Positions 11,061 through 21,446 of a stretch of 33,000 nt of DNA are shown here, in pieces; positions within the stretch are counted from its first letter, which is position 1, and each line of letters starts with the position of its first letter. Source of the stretch: Dicyema japonicum (taxonomy: Eukaryota; Animalia; Dicyemida); contig RDEW01000042.1 of assembly GCA_011109175.1 (NCBI GenBank), positions 473,168 to 506,167 on the forward strand, in the 5' to 3' direction. A program made the translations under genes and the position numbers. Under the pieces are notes generated by a model, which was given only the letters and a program-made list of their open reading frames with translations, had not been told where the DNA came from and made no database searches.

Positions 11061-11459
11061 TAAAACGTTTAATCCGTCCCAAAGCCATGTTTTTTCAATT
11101 TCCAGATTCACTACAAAAAAATCATAAGCTAAGAAGACGAAACAGATCCTCCTGATACAACAATGTCATATAGTTCATCGGTGGGTATTTCAATTTTTTA
11201 AACTTTCAAAAACGAGCCTTAAAATTTTGCTTACATTCTGCAATCCAGATCCCTGAGTTGCAAACAGACATTGGTGATTTGGAAAGTTTGTGTTAGAAAT
11301 TTCAGGTCTAGTTGCGTAGAAGATAGAAGAATCTTAAAATATATGGAATACCTCTTTGAAGGCTTAATATGATCAGTCCACTTTAGGACATTTCATAACA
11401 ACCAGAAAAATCGCAACATGAAGTTATTATAACTAATCGTAAAGGGAGAAACTAAGGAA

Positions 11460-12250
11460 TGCTCTTAATTTCTTTGCTTTTTCTTTTTCTCGTGTGTATT
11501 TCCTTTTGACTATCCAGTTCCGCCGTAAATTTATACTGATGACAGCGTCATTTCGTCAAGCCTAGCGAAAGGGTGTCTTTTTTATACTGGATTTCAAGGA
11601 TTCGAGTGAACGGAACAACCTTGAGTTAATTATTCAAAAAGAATTTCTCAAAGATTATTTCTCTAAGAATTCCCCTCTGAATTAAATTCCGAACTACACT
11701 TTAGTTATGATTTGGCCGATTCAAGTTAGTGTAAGACGGACTTCAATGGGTGCTCAAGCTCGTGGCGTAGATGTTGTGCGAATTTCATTCTCAAGTTGAA
11801 CTTGGTGTGATTCAAGCTGTCGCTGTATCTGTAAGTTTGTGGAGAAGGATCCAGTTTTGTTTGTTTGTTTTGGAGTATTTGATAAGGGTTAACCCAATCG
11901 GTGGTCTAGAAAGGGGGCATGGTTAATTTTTATTAATTTTGTGCTTCCTTTTACTGTGTTCTTTATGGGTAGGGAAGATAAACGTCCTCGTCTTCAAGGA
12001 GTGCTTTGATCAGTTTCGGAGTCTTTCAAGAGAGTTGCATTAAATTTCCTGGTCTTAATATTTTATTATATGTCACCATTTTGGTTTATATTGCAGTATT
12101 CGAAGTAAAATGACGATGCTCCTTATATAGTCAATACTCCCATCATCATTCAGAACTGTTTGAACATATTCCTCTTCATTGAGAGTAATCATGTGTGAAT
12201 AAAGCTAGTAGTTTAAGTCCTTATATGATTAATTAGGTTATTGCATACGC
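11460..12250 (-). pseudogene. Unidentified gene relic, partly coiled-coil-like
   Basis: Protein-like short frames (HMITLNEEEYVQTVLNDDGSIDYIRS; LQIQRQLESHQVQLENEIRTT) and a putative 23-nt intron. Many stops; no family recognised. Confidence 0.25.
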
Positions 12251-12779
12251 CGTTTTGCATAAATCTGAGGAAAACCGTCCGTTCTTTAACACCTATCAAA
12301 GTCGATTACTTCTGTAATCGTTTTTTAAGTGAAATTATTCTTTTAGAGACAAAGTATAGCTGTGTGATTCAGTTGTCCAACCAGGATAATAATTAAATCA
12401 TAATAAATTTGAATTAATTAAAACCATTTTATATCCCAGAAAAATGAACGATTAAGTTAGTTAAATGTTAAATTGAACTCCACAAGTTCCAAGTACATTA
12501 TACTTGTTTTTAATGGCACTGCAGACTGAAATAACATTATTAATTACGTAATTCACTTGTCGGCCTGCCGTATTTTCTAAATATATTATTTTCTAACATA
12601 TACAATTTATTATCTTCGATAGATAATTGTCTAGTTGCTTCTATCTATACTAATATAATCTCATACGCCTTAGGATTATGAATGAATCAATGCAAACGAT
12701 AACACTATATTATTATTAAAAATACTCATTTAAAATAACAAAGTTGGAATAACTTTAAAAACTTGAATAACATTTATTC

Positions 12780-13314
12780 CTCGAGGAAAGATCTACATTA
12801 ATTACAAAAAATACAATTCAAGTAATGATAAATTTTCCGCAAATTCGATCGATATGAATTTGAGGGAATACAGTATTCAAAATCTAAATTTAAAAAAATA
12901 TATAACATGTACTTAATAGTAGGTGGAATGTTTGGTTGTCTACAGATTTTAAACTTTCATCATAATAACCACAATTACTATAAATATTAATAATTGATAC
13001 AAAATCTAATTCAATCTTATTAATGAAAAGTTGACATCAGGTTCAAATTTAATATTTTGAACTTCTAATCCAATTACTTTAAAATCAGATAGGCCAGTTA
13101 TCGAAACTGTACAATCATTCCAATATCTTAATAATTTATATTTAATACAGAATTTATTACTGTTAATTCGTTTGGGCAAATATTCTGTGATGTCAAAAAA
13201 TCGAATGACAAGTTTAACACGAAAAAAGTGAACATCTATGAGATTAAATACCAAAATAATGAATATACGATTACCACAAGAAATAAAAATTATTACATGA
13301 ATTACAGTCGTCAT
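12780..13314 (-). CDS. Very AT-rich putative lineage-specific gene (one 1-nt deletion)
   Basis: ATG at 13314 and a 102-codon ORF with a putative 39-nt intron near the start. One extra T in the T-run near 13027 would extend the frame (NFFINKIELDFVSIINIYSNCGYYDESLKSVDNQTFHLLL) to a 29-nt GT-AG intron. No homology recognised. Confidence 0.4.
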
Positions 13315-13407
13315 AATTATTTATAATTTTATTAAATGAAGTGTTGGATTAAAAAAATAAAATTAAAAAATATTTTAATTAAATTTACACAATTAACATG
13401 GTTTTCA

Positions 13408-13545
13408 AATTTGTTTAATAACTTTACCATAAAATTTAATAAATTTGTCAAAAATGTCTAATAACTTTGCCTTAATGTTTAATAAGTTTATCAAAATGTT
13501 TAAAAATTGTGTCAAAAAATTAATACTTTTGAATAATGTTTAATT
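13408..13545. repeat. 21-bp minisatellite, about 6 degenerate units
   Basis: The ttaataa-like core recurs at about 13414, 13435, 13457, 13478, 13499 and 13520 (consensus approximately aatgtttaataactttgtcaa). Confidence 0.7.
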
Positions 13546-15279
13546 ACAGGTCAATTTGCACGAAAATAAAATTTTAAGTGAATATGAAGAGGCTACGCAC
13601 ATTGACACTTCAGAAGTCGACTCACAATAACCAATCCTTTTGTTGTCTATCTGGAAGCTGCTCTTCGTAATCTGAGAAATAAAAATTGTCCTACTTTTAT
13701 CTAGGAACTAAGATATGCGTATGACCTGGATTTTGTTTTAGAAGAATGATGATAGCTATTTCTTTTTCTAACAAGAGTACTGCAGGCAAAATGAAATTAT
13801 TTTTTTCAGACAAGAGTACTGCAAGTTAATTAAATTGGTCTAATTTTAGAGAATTAGACGTGAAGTCAACACAAAGCAGTCTGAAGTAGTTAACCTGAAA
13901 ATGATAAGAGAATCTTTTGCCTTCTTTAGAATCAAATAGATGATATTGTTCCAAGTAACGAATGACCAACATTCGCTCTCTCGAATTGATTTTATGTGAA
14001 ATATTAAAAAATCGAATAAGGTAATCAATTAATGACAAAAATTTTTTGTGCGATTTTGGCTACATATCGATTATCAGGACTAAAAGATTTTTAACCTCCG
14101 ATGTTCTTTTTACTTGAATGTAAAAATAGGTCATATTTCTCCTTGACCGTAAAATTAGTCAACCGTTAAAGTTTTTTTTAAATAGACAATTGATGACTAT
14201 AGATGCTCTTAGTATCCTTAATATTATTCGCAACAAATGTAGATGCCATTGGTTTATTCTGACGTTACCACTTCTCTTATTTCAAAATCTGTGGACGTTT
14301 ATGAAAACATTTCCATAATGATCTAAATGACCGAATTAATCTGAAATCACATTAAGATATGTTTTTGAAAAAGAAAGAGTTCCTTGAGAGCAACATGATA
14401 CTAGAAGGTCTGCTTCAAGACGACTAGAAATTAATCAACAAATATTGGTTGAAATGTTTATCAATGTGGTAAAATTGGCAACGTTCTGAGGACGAGGCAG
14501 TGAGAATAGCTGGCTCGCTCCGATTTGACCTTATTTTGTGTTAATGAAAATTCATTTGTGGAAGCAGAATCGATGGTTATCATCCTTTAAGCTGATTTAT
14601 GGCTGTCCCCGACATGAGGTAATAACTTACATTAAAAATGCACTTTTTCTGCTGGCCACCACTAGTTTCTTCCTTTGCGATGGCGACGCCCCGAAGGGAT
14701 AACGATATTCCCATTCGCTAATGGTTGAAACATTGCTTGGGGCGTTACATATGTTAAAATATACTAGTATCTCGTGGGACTGATTGTTTCCAGGTCTAAT
14801 CTAAAATACCTAGCCATTAAAGTCGCTCAATATAATAATTAATTTACTAATCGAAGATATGATTACACTAAAATGCTGACAATTAAAAATTCATGTGACT
14901 ATACTGCAGGGAGCTCGTTAACTTGATGCTTTCGGTTAATCTATACGTACTTGGAAAAAAATGTGGAATGTGGCCTATTCTATGGACATCTTTTTTAGCT
15001 GAATTTTATCGAAGATTGCTGTCGACTTGTGATCGGAAACATTCAGGCTATTTGTATCTTTCACATTTGAGAGTTTTGGTTAAACGAGACTGTTGCGGGA
15101 AAACATGCTAAAGATAATTTTTGAGCTGTCTATTGTTTTCGAAAATGAGGATGGAGTATATCTTTTTATTTACATAATGCTTTTAATGTCTATTTTTATT
15201 TACAGTCCTGTTAATTAATTAGCTGATTATTATTTAGCAGCCTCAGGACCACTCAGAAAGAAAGGCAAAATAATGTCAA

Positions 15280-15520
15280 ATTGTTAGGTGATCCCAATTC
15301 ACGCAAGCAAACATGCCATCCAAATCCTGTGCGTCTCTATTGTTCCCACTGCCGAACGGAAATGCCGTCATTAATCCATGCAGAGGAAATCGATTGCGTG
15401 AAACAGTGAGAGGCCGAGTGGATGTCCATCTTTCTCGTCAATATGGAGAAATCCGGAACCACATATACGATTGTAGATTAAACAACTTGGTCCACTAGGA
15501 AATTTTGAGAGACAAAAGAC
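15280..15520 (-). mobile_element. L2/CR1-like LINE relic (endonuclease C-terminus and linker)
   Basis: Fragments NFLVDQVV, GHPLGLSLFHAIDF (PLGxSDH-like) and DAQDLDGMFACVNWD. Heavily degraded. Confidence 0.45.
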
Positions 15521-15619
15521 GGATCAGCACAGTCTTAACAAGTTCATGAAATATTACGCAAATATAAGCCACAAACCTTTTATGAAAATGGGCTTTCTTT
15601 ATCTTCAATAAAACAGAAG

Positions 15620-16010
15620 AGATTACTTCCGATTAACTTTATCTCTCATTCAGATATCAGTGAGGTTTAAAGAGGATGAATTCTTCCCTCTCATGTGGGA
15701 CAGATTCTATCCCTGGTATTTTACTAAAACATCTTGGACCTATTGCGATTGATGCAATTGACAGTGGATATATTTATCAACCAGACAAAAATACCTTTCT
15801 CGAAGAAACTGAAAATCTTGGGGATCATTTTCGACACACAGATGTCCTTTTCATCTCACGTCGACGCTGTCGCTGAATGTTGCTCAAGAAAGCTAGGGAT
15901 AATCAAAACTATTTTCGGTGGCATTGAAACCCCTTTCCCAGCTTTGAAATTGTTGTACAAACAAGTCATTGATCCATCTGTCAGCTATACTGGGGGATCA
16001 ATAATATCCT
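15620..16010 (+). mobile_element. LINE ORF2 relic with the RT core deleted
   Basis: LKRMNSSLSCGTDSIPGILLKHLGP (pre-RT) is joined directly to INQTKIPFSKKLKILGIIFDTQMSFSSHV..LKLLYKQVIDPSVSY (thumb and C-terminus). Confidence 0.75.
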
Positions 16011-16039
16011 AATGTGGATACTTGCGAGACATAAGAAAA

Positions 16040-16160
16040 ACCCAGCTTCATTCAGGCGTGTTTCTCTGTTACTAGCATAATGTTAAAAATATTGGAAATA
16101 GACTATTCCCCAATTATTAAGAACGTTGTATCAACATGTAATTTCTGCGGTATTCATAAC
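16040..16160 (+). mobile_element. Integrase H2C2 zinc-binding relic (LTR-element-like)
   Basis: QLHSGV...(fs)IIKNVVSTCNFCGIHN gives an HxG..CxxC pattern. Confidence 0.4.
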
Positions 16161-16479
16161 TGAACGGTCTTCTTCCATCCATTTAACCTCGTTGAAGTAT
16201 TCCATCCGTACGGGATTCTCAAATAAACTCAGACATATGAAAACTGTCATCTATTTTGTAGATATTCATTAAGCGTTTGACTCCGAAAAACTTGAAAAAT
16301 ATTCAGTCGGATATTCCTGGACGCTTTACGGTTAGTTAACATTTTTTGGCGCTGGAAAAAAAGTGATTGTTTTGGAGATTTAAGATCGGTAACTTTTTTA
16401 CAAATTGAATCTCAAGCATAGATCGGAAACTTTCTTCATGGTAAAAATAGTATCAGGTGATACAGCTGTCTCATGAAGT

Positions 16480-18050
16480 ACCTAGTGCAAAGAGGGTATC
16501 AAAAAACACTTGTACTTTTCATTACAATAGAGTTTGTATTGGAAATCCACTTCAGAAATCAACGAAACTGAGACTTTGCTGATTACATTTTCTAACGACA
16601 TCCTTTCATCATCGAGTACGTTGTTGTACTCGTATAGAGAATGTACTCGGTCAGTAAGGGTACTTAATTTCACGGAAAATTCGTCAACGTAGGATATCAT
16701 ATCATTTAGGTGGTCTTCCGCCGCAGAAACAAAATTTCGCTGTGTTTTATCATTCCTTAAGTCAATTTCAGAGAATCCCGAATGTAAAAGTCCAGATTAT
16801 CCCTTATTTCTTTGATATTCGCCAATTCCTCTTCCATGGAGTCCTCAATATTCCTCAAACGAGTAAACATCTCCAGTCTCTTCTCGTAAATATGTTTCCG
16901 CCTTTCCTGTTCATTTTGTTTATGTACAATCTGTTCTCTAAGGTTCAATAAGGATCTCCTAGCTGATCTACGTCCTCCCACTCCCTGCTAATTCTCTCCT
17001 CAGTCTCCTTTATGGTTCGACTCAGCTGACGAGAGACTTCAACATACTGCGATATTCCGGTACGGAAACCTCAGAGACGATTCTCTCGCGATCCTTGATC
17101 TCCATCTTCAGGTCCATGGTCTCCGTAATCCGAAAGTCCAATTCATTAGTCATTGTTTCATGAACCTGAGAATTCATTACAATCGTTTGATTCTCTGTCA
17201 GTCTACCCCATTCTTCCTTTAATCGCCCAATTTCAGCGTTAAAAAACTACATTCGATATTTACTAATACTTTTTCGGGATCACTGGTCTTGTTTAGTGTA
17301 ATAACGTGGGTAATACCCTTATCTTCCTCGCAAAACACATCAGACGAATGGTTTTCTCCAAACATGAGAAGGCTGGGGATATTGAGAAATGAAACTGTTC
17401 ATGTGGTTTCCTACCAGCGATTCTCTCAGGTATTTTGTCAGCCGTGACTCCTTGTAGGGGACATATGTGGCTTTTTCGCACAACGAGTTAAGGACATCTT
17501 CAAATACGGACAGATTCGATCCTAGAGCAGTGTTTGTGTTCAGGTTGTCCGATTCGTTGTATATGAATGCCAGAACGAGTGTTCCAACGTCAGTACTCGC
17601 TTCATGAAGTGTAATTATGGTAATTGTGTAAATTGAATGGCGGGGACCACTGGGGTGATCTTTGAGTGTCTCAAGTATATGATCCACATCCTTCATATGT
17701 GTTATAGTTATTTCAGTGGGGGCTTTGAGTAGATTGTAGTCATCTAATTCATCCTCCTTTATGAGGTTTTTAAGTTCCCTGTCACATAAGTGGATAGCTG
17801 ATATTCGTACGGCTCTCTCTGGACAGGGCCATAACTCTGACACGATAAAAGAAAGTATCTTAGCTGAGTGATTTTCGAAAGAAATATGATGGATACTTAA
17901 AACTAGCTGAAAAAATAGTACGGAATAATGTAAAGCGAAAGCCAAAGTATTCATGTGCTTATGGGAAATTTGGAAGTGCTTTTTTAACTAACTGAATAAC
18001 TAAACTAATACTTTAAGGTTCTTTTTCAATAAGTAAGTGAAAATTATTCC
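16480..18050 (-). pseudogene. Highly divergent kinesin-like gene (motor remnant plus coiled coil) with five 1-nt deletions; pseudogene or mis-assembled functional gene
   Basis: AVRISAIHLCDRELKNLI, RHSIYTITI, YVPYKESRLTKYLRESLVGN, (fs)SISPAFSCLEKTIRLMCFARKIR, then a long coiled coil. Introns of 24 nt (17988-18011) and 23 nt (17247-17269), both starting GTATTAGT. No stop codons once frames are restored. Confidence 0.8.
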
Positions 18051-18249
18051 CTGATTTAGTTTAAATCCAAAAATCAGAAATTTAAATTAATTATATAGAA
18101 AAATTATTTTTCCATTTGATTATTTTTATTAAAATAAAACAATGGAACAAACACAAGACAATTTTTTATTTTTGGTGCTCAACTTATAAAAAAACTCTAT
18201 AAAATAACATCTTACATAATATGGAAATAACTCATTCATTCAGTTACCC

Positions 18250-18500
18250 ATGAATAATTTTCGTTTTTTCAGCATCTCGAGGTTTTCCGGCAAGGATAGG
18301 TTCAATCGCGGGCTTAGTAGCCATTAGCTTTTTCGACTGACAGTGAAAACACTTTATAAGAATTTTGTCGACCTCAAGTCTCGAAATTCCGTAAATTTTA
18401 CTTTTGGGAGACTGCATAGTAAATCGCATCCGAAATGGATCAATTGATGTTCATATTACTATCATGAAAATACTACCTCGATCATTTTACTTTCAGTTCT
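18250..18500 (-). mobile_element. Ginger/KRBA2-like integrase N-terminal relic
   Basis: FHDSN..DAIYYAVSQK(fs)YGISRLEVDKILIKCFHCQSKKLMATKPAIEPILAGKPRD: an H2C2 domain followed by the PI..xPR(E) stretch that precedes the catalytic core. Confidence 0.6.
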
Positions 18501-18904
18501 CTCTCTTGAATCGAAAAGTTCCGGTCCCTAGTAAAAACAGTGGTTCTCTCCAATGATCAACTACTCATTTACAGCGTCCTTTTTTGGATAACTGTTATTT
18601 TCTCGACATTTGTCCATGAGATGAATGGATCTCACTAAGCCCACCAGTAAGAATTACATTCCTCGATATACTGTATTTATAACTTTCTAAGATAGGGTGT
18701 TGAGATCTTCCATATCTCTGAGAAGCTTTTAAGTAGGTCGACCTCACATTTTGCCATAGAATTTTCGATGTTCTATGAGAAGCACATGTGATTGAGTGAA
18801 CAGGAAAAATTATTAAACAAAAATAATATTTAATTATTTATTTCAATGACACTCTGAAGCTACTCATAGTAGGAGGACTCTGTGGGTAATAGGTAAGAAC
18901 TGCT

Positions 18905-19200
18905 TGTTATCTAAGAACCTACCCAGAAAAGGACGTTCACAGTGATGGAACGATAGACTTTTGGAAAGAAATGATCCTCGCAAACTTCTTTAATTCTACG
19001 TACTTGAGTGGCAATAATGAAGACCAACTGGAGCTAAACGTTCTATTAAAGTCAATCTCCTCTACCAACAGGTCCACACTTTCGACTTATTTTGCACGAA
19101 GATAGGAAGACCTATCAGATGCATTTAAAATGCAGTCGCTATATACACCTGAGCGTTACAGACTGATTTCCTATTGGCAACTTATCTGCCACCTTTAACC
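18905..19200 (+). pseudogene. Unidentified coding relic
   Basis: About 95 codons with a single internal TAG: YLRTYPEKDVHSDGTIDFWKEMILANFFNSTYLSGNNEDQLELNVLLKSISSTNRSTLSTYFARR*EDLSDAFKMQSLY. Only a faint RhoGAP-like resemblance. Confidence 0.3.
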
Positions 19201-19829
19201 TGAAACTTCCAACGAAAATGCTCGATAGGTAACATTTTCGCAATTTTAATACGTACTTGACATTCTAATAACACTGGTTTTACTGTCCCTCTGTTCCTCC
19301 CCGAGCTCATTTTTTGACATTGCCTTATCGCTTAGCCCATTTACTCCCAGTAAATCTCCAAAATGACACTGTTATCCGATTAATTAATATATGGTCTTAG
19401 ATTATAAACTTGTCAGGATGAATTACTAATACACGAGTTTAAGTGTAATTAAGCACATTTTTAATTTATGTTAATAAGTGATTTAGCTAATGAACGGTTC
19501 TCTCATCAGGATCTCATACAAAAATCTACAAGAATTGGGGATGTAAGATGATAGAATCTCGCTGGCACATCCTGAAGATGGAGTTGACCTAACGGAGCAA
19601 TGGAAGAATACTCTTTCGCCAAATGGGCCGTTTTCGTGGAAGGGCTAGGATAACTTTGACATTCGTCTTACAAAAGGACTTAAAATTCGTAAAATGAGAA
19701 TTAAAATCCGCTGACGTCCTGGACACACTAAGAACCGTAGATAATAGAAATGTGGATGAGATTGACTTCCAAATTCGATGTCAATAAATGGCTTTCGTGG
19801 AAGTTCTAATAATACCATTTTTAGTTTCC

Positions 19830-20050
19830 AGTGGATTTTATCCCATCACGACCACCTACATTCTGCCATTCTTCAATGGGGACACCGCCAGTCAATCGGG
19901 TCTCTTACTCTTTGTCATTCCCAAATGGGGACATCGTAGTCAATACGGGAAACCCATCGTCTTCAAACCAGACATACGGAAAGTCAAGACTGCTGAATCA
20001 TGTTTGTGAATCGCACAACCAGCTAACAATCTCCGTCAGAAATATTAAAT
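19830..20050 (+). mobile_element. APE endonuclease relic (RTE/CR1-like)
   Basis: GDIVVNTG..NQTYGKSRLLNHVCESHNQLTI resembles GDxN..NG.RLL.FC..HNL.I. Confidence 0.45.
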
Positions 20051-20119
20051 AAAATGTTATGGTTTAACGATGGGTTTATTCATTTAAATGAAAAATTAGT
20101 TATAAATTATCATCCAATT

Positions 20120-20380
20120 TTAGTTTGTTTTGGGTTCTTTGCGAGAATATCTGGAAGAATTGTGCAATCTAGGGTTTGGGTTAGCACTGTGGCGATTTCG
20201 ACTTCTTCTGGAAGAAAAACTCATGTTGCAGCCAGGAACTGTACAAAAATGATTTTCATGCAGATGAATCGCATTCACGTGGGATTTTAAGGCTCATCTA
20301 TCACAGAATGTCTTTTCACAACCTTTGCAGACAATTCTCTTCTTTCCGGACTCTTCGATGATTCCGCCATAGTAATTTTT
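20120..20380 (-). pseudogene. BNC: Disco/Basonuclin C2H2 zinc-finger pair, disabled by one stop
   Basis: [61 protein letters not shown] matches the Disco/Basonuclin signature (KTFCDKGALKxH..[14 protein letters not shown]). TGA at 20294-20296 replaces the conserved Gly. Confidence 0.9.
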
Positions 20381-20479
20381 GCTTAACAGGCAAACTTGCA
20401 CGTCTAACAAATTTACCCCCGAACTTTTCCCCCTAATGCTTGACCACGCCGCAATCAAAAATAACGTCTTCGGCTTCAT

Positions 20480-20745
20480 CGGTCTGTGTGATCAAGAAGC
20501 AAGTCGTTTCTTCCATTCAAGGTTGGAGGCTTCGAATACACGAAATTTGGGGAAAAAACACACCTCTCTTCAAACTCTAATGAAAGATGATCGTTGTCTA
20601 TTCAGGAAAGCCATAGGTACTCTGGAGGAACATAGGAAAAACCTCTCGATTTTTTTGAGGCGTACTTGGGATCACTTAATTAGTTGGTTTACCTTTTCTT
20701 TTTTGGTGTTCCTTTTTTCGAAGTTATCAAATAAATAAATAATAA
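20480..20745 (+). mobile_element. LINE 3' end (GGATCACTTAATTAGTT family)
   Basis: DDRCLFRKAIGTLEEH..LGIT*, then TTAGTTGG and an AATAAATAAATAATAAG tail. Same terminus as at about 10000. Confidence 0.6.
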
Positions 20746-20759
20746 GGAATTAGGAAACC

Positions 20760-20905
20760 CATGCGGGAGACTACCAGTCTCTCCTAAACGACAACTGGAT
20801 TGAGTTACTCGAGAAACATTTCGAAAGGCAGTGAGGTCGCTGACGGTCCACCTAAGGAAAGTGTCAGAGTTACTAGAAGCTGGGATCATTTAATTAACTC
20901 ACTTT
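20760..20905 (+). mobile_element. LINE ORF2 C-terminus, same family
   Basis: TRETFRKAVRSLTVHLRKVSELLEAGII*, compared with ..RVRMLLEAGIT* at about 10000. Confidence 0.6.
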
Positions 20906-20944
20906 GGCACTTTCTTTCTTAGTATTCTATCTCCCCCCATATAG

Positions 20945-21095
20945 CCTAACGATGGAATCCCCATTCTATTTGCTGGCGACTTATCAGTTCGATCCCATCG
21001 GTTAGGGATACAAGTCACCGAGTCCAGTAAATACTGGAAATACCTTCACCCATAGATCCTCTGAATGAGGAACGTCGTGGATACAGGAATTTGGT
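20945..21095 (+). mobile_element. APE endonuclease relic
   Basis: DGIPILFAGDLSVRSHRLG, then (fs) NTGNTFTHRSSE*GTSWI, corresponding to GDxN..H..G and NTG.xTF..SxID motifs with an internal deletion. Confidence 0.55.
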
Positions 21096-21446
21096 GAAAA
21101 CACCTAAATTCATCCTCTGTGATGAGGAATGGCGGGATTGCATAACTTGTTAGGCTTAACGACTTGGCTTAGGTCATGATACTAGGTCATGATATGCTTT
21201 TGTGAAGCCGGTCCTGTTATTTACCTCTTCCTGCTGGGGGGACCTCAGTCTCAGGAACCAAGAATCTTAACTCTCACTTACCATCCATGTTTTATGTATC
21301 GTACTGCCCAGCAAAAAATCGTTGCACATACTCATTTTCCTTACTTGGAAAGACAGGCAATAGAACAATAATAAACATTTCCATAAACAAACAAAGCGAG
21401 TAATCCAATTGAATAAATTAAATTCATTAAAATTAAACAATAACAA

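Noticed and set aside
13640-13750. AGC-kinase-like NPFVVYL..DFVLE stretch
   Set aside because: It is too short, interrupted by stops, and has no other kinase motifs.
16757-17400. Euplotes-style stop-codon-triggered frameshifting
   Set aside because: Homology (SISPAF, LEQVIDRT) shows the frame changes well upstream of the stop codons.
20294-20296. TGA read as Gly (also at a Gly position in the CRE relic near 2865) or as Trp/Cys in other relics
   Set aside because: GGA-to-TGA is a single G-to-T change, and the same change gives GGA-to-GTA in the KIF switch II. GGA and TGG are used normally in the long kinesin frame, and the affected sequences are otherwise truncated or decayed.
21171-21196. 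Tandem AGGTCATGATA (nuclear-receptor half-site direct repeat)
   Set aside because: This is a simple 13-bp local duplication with no gene context.
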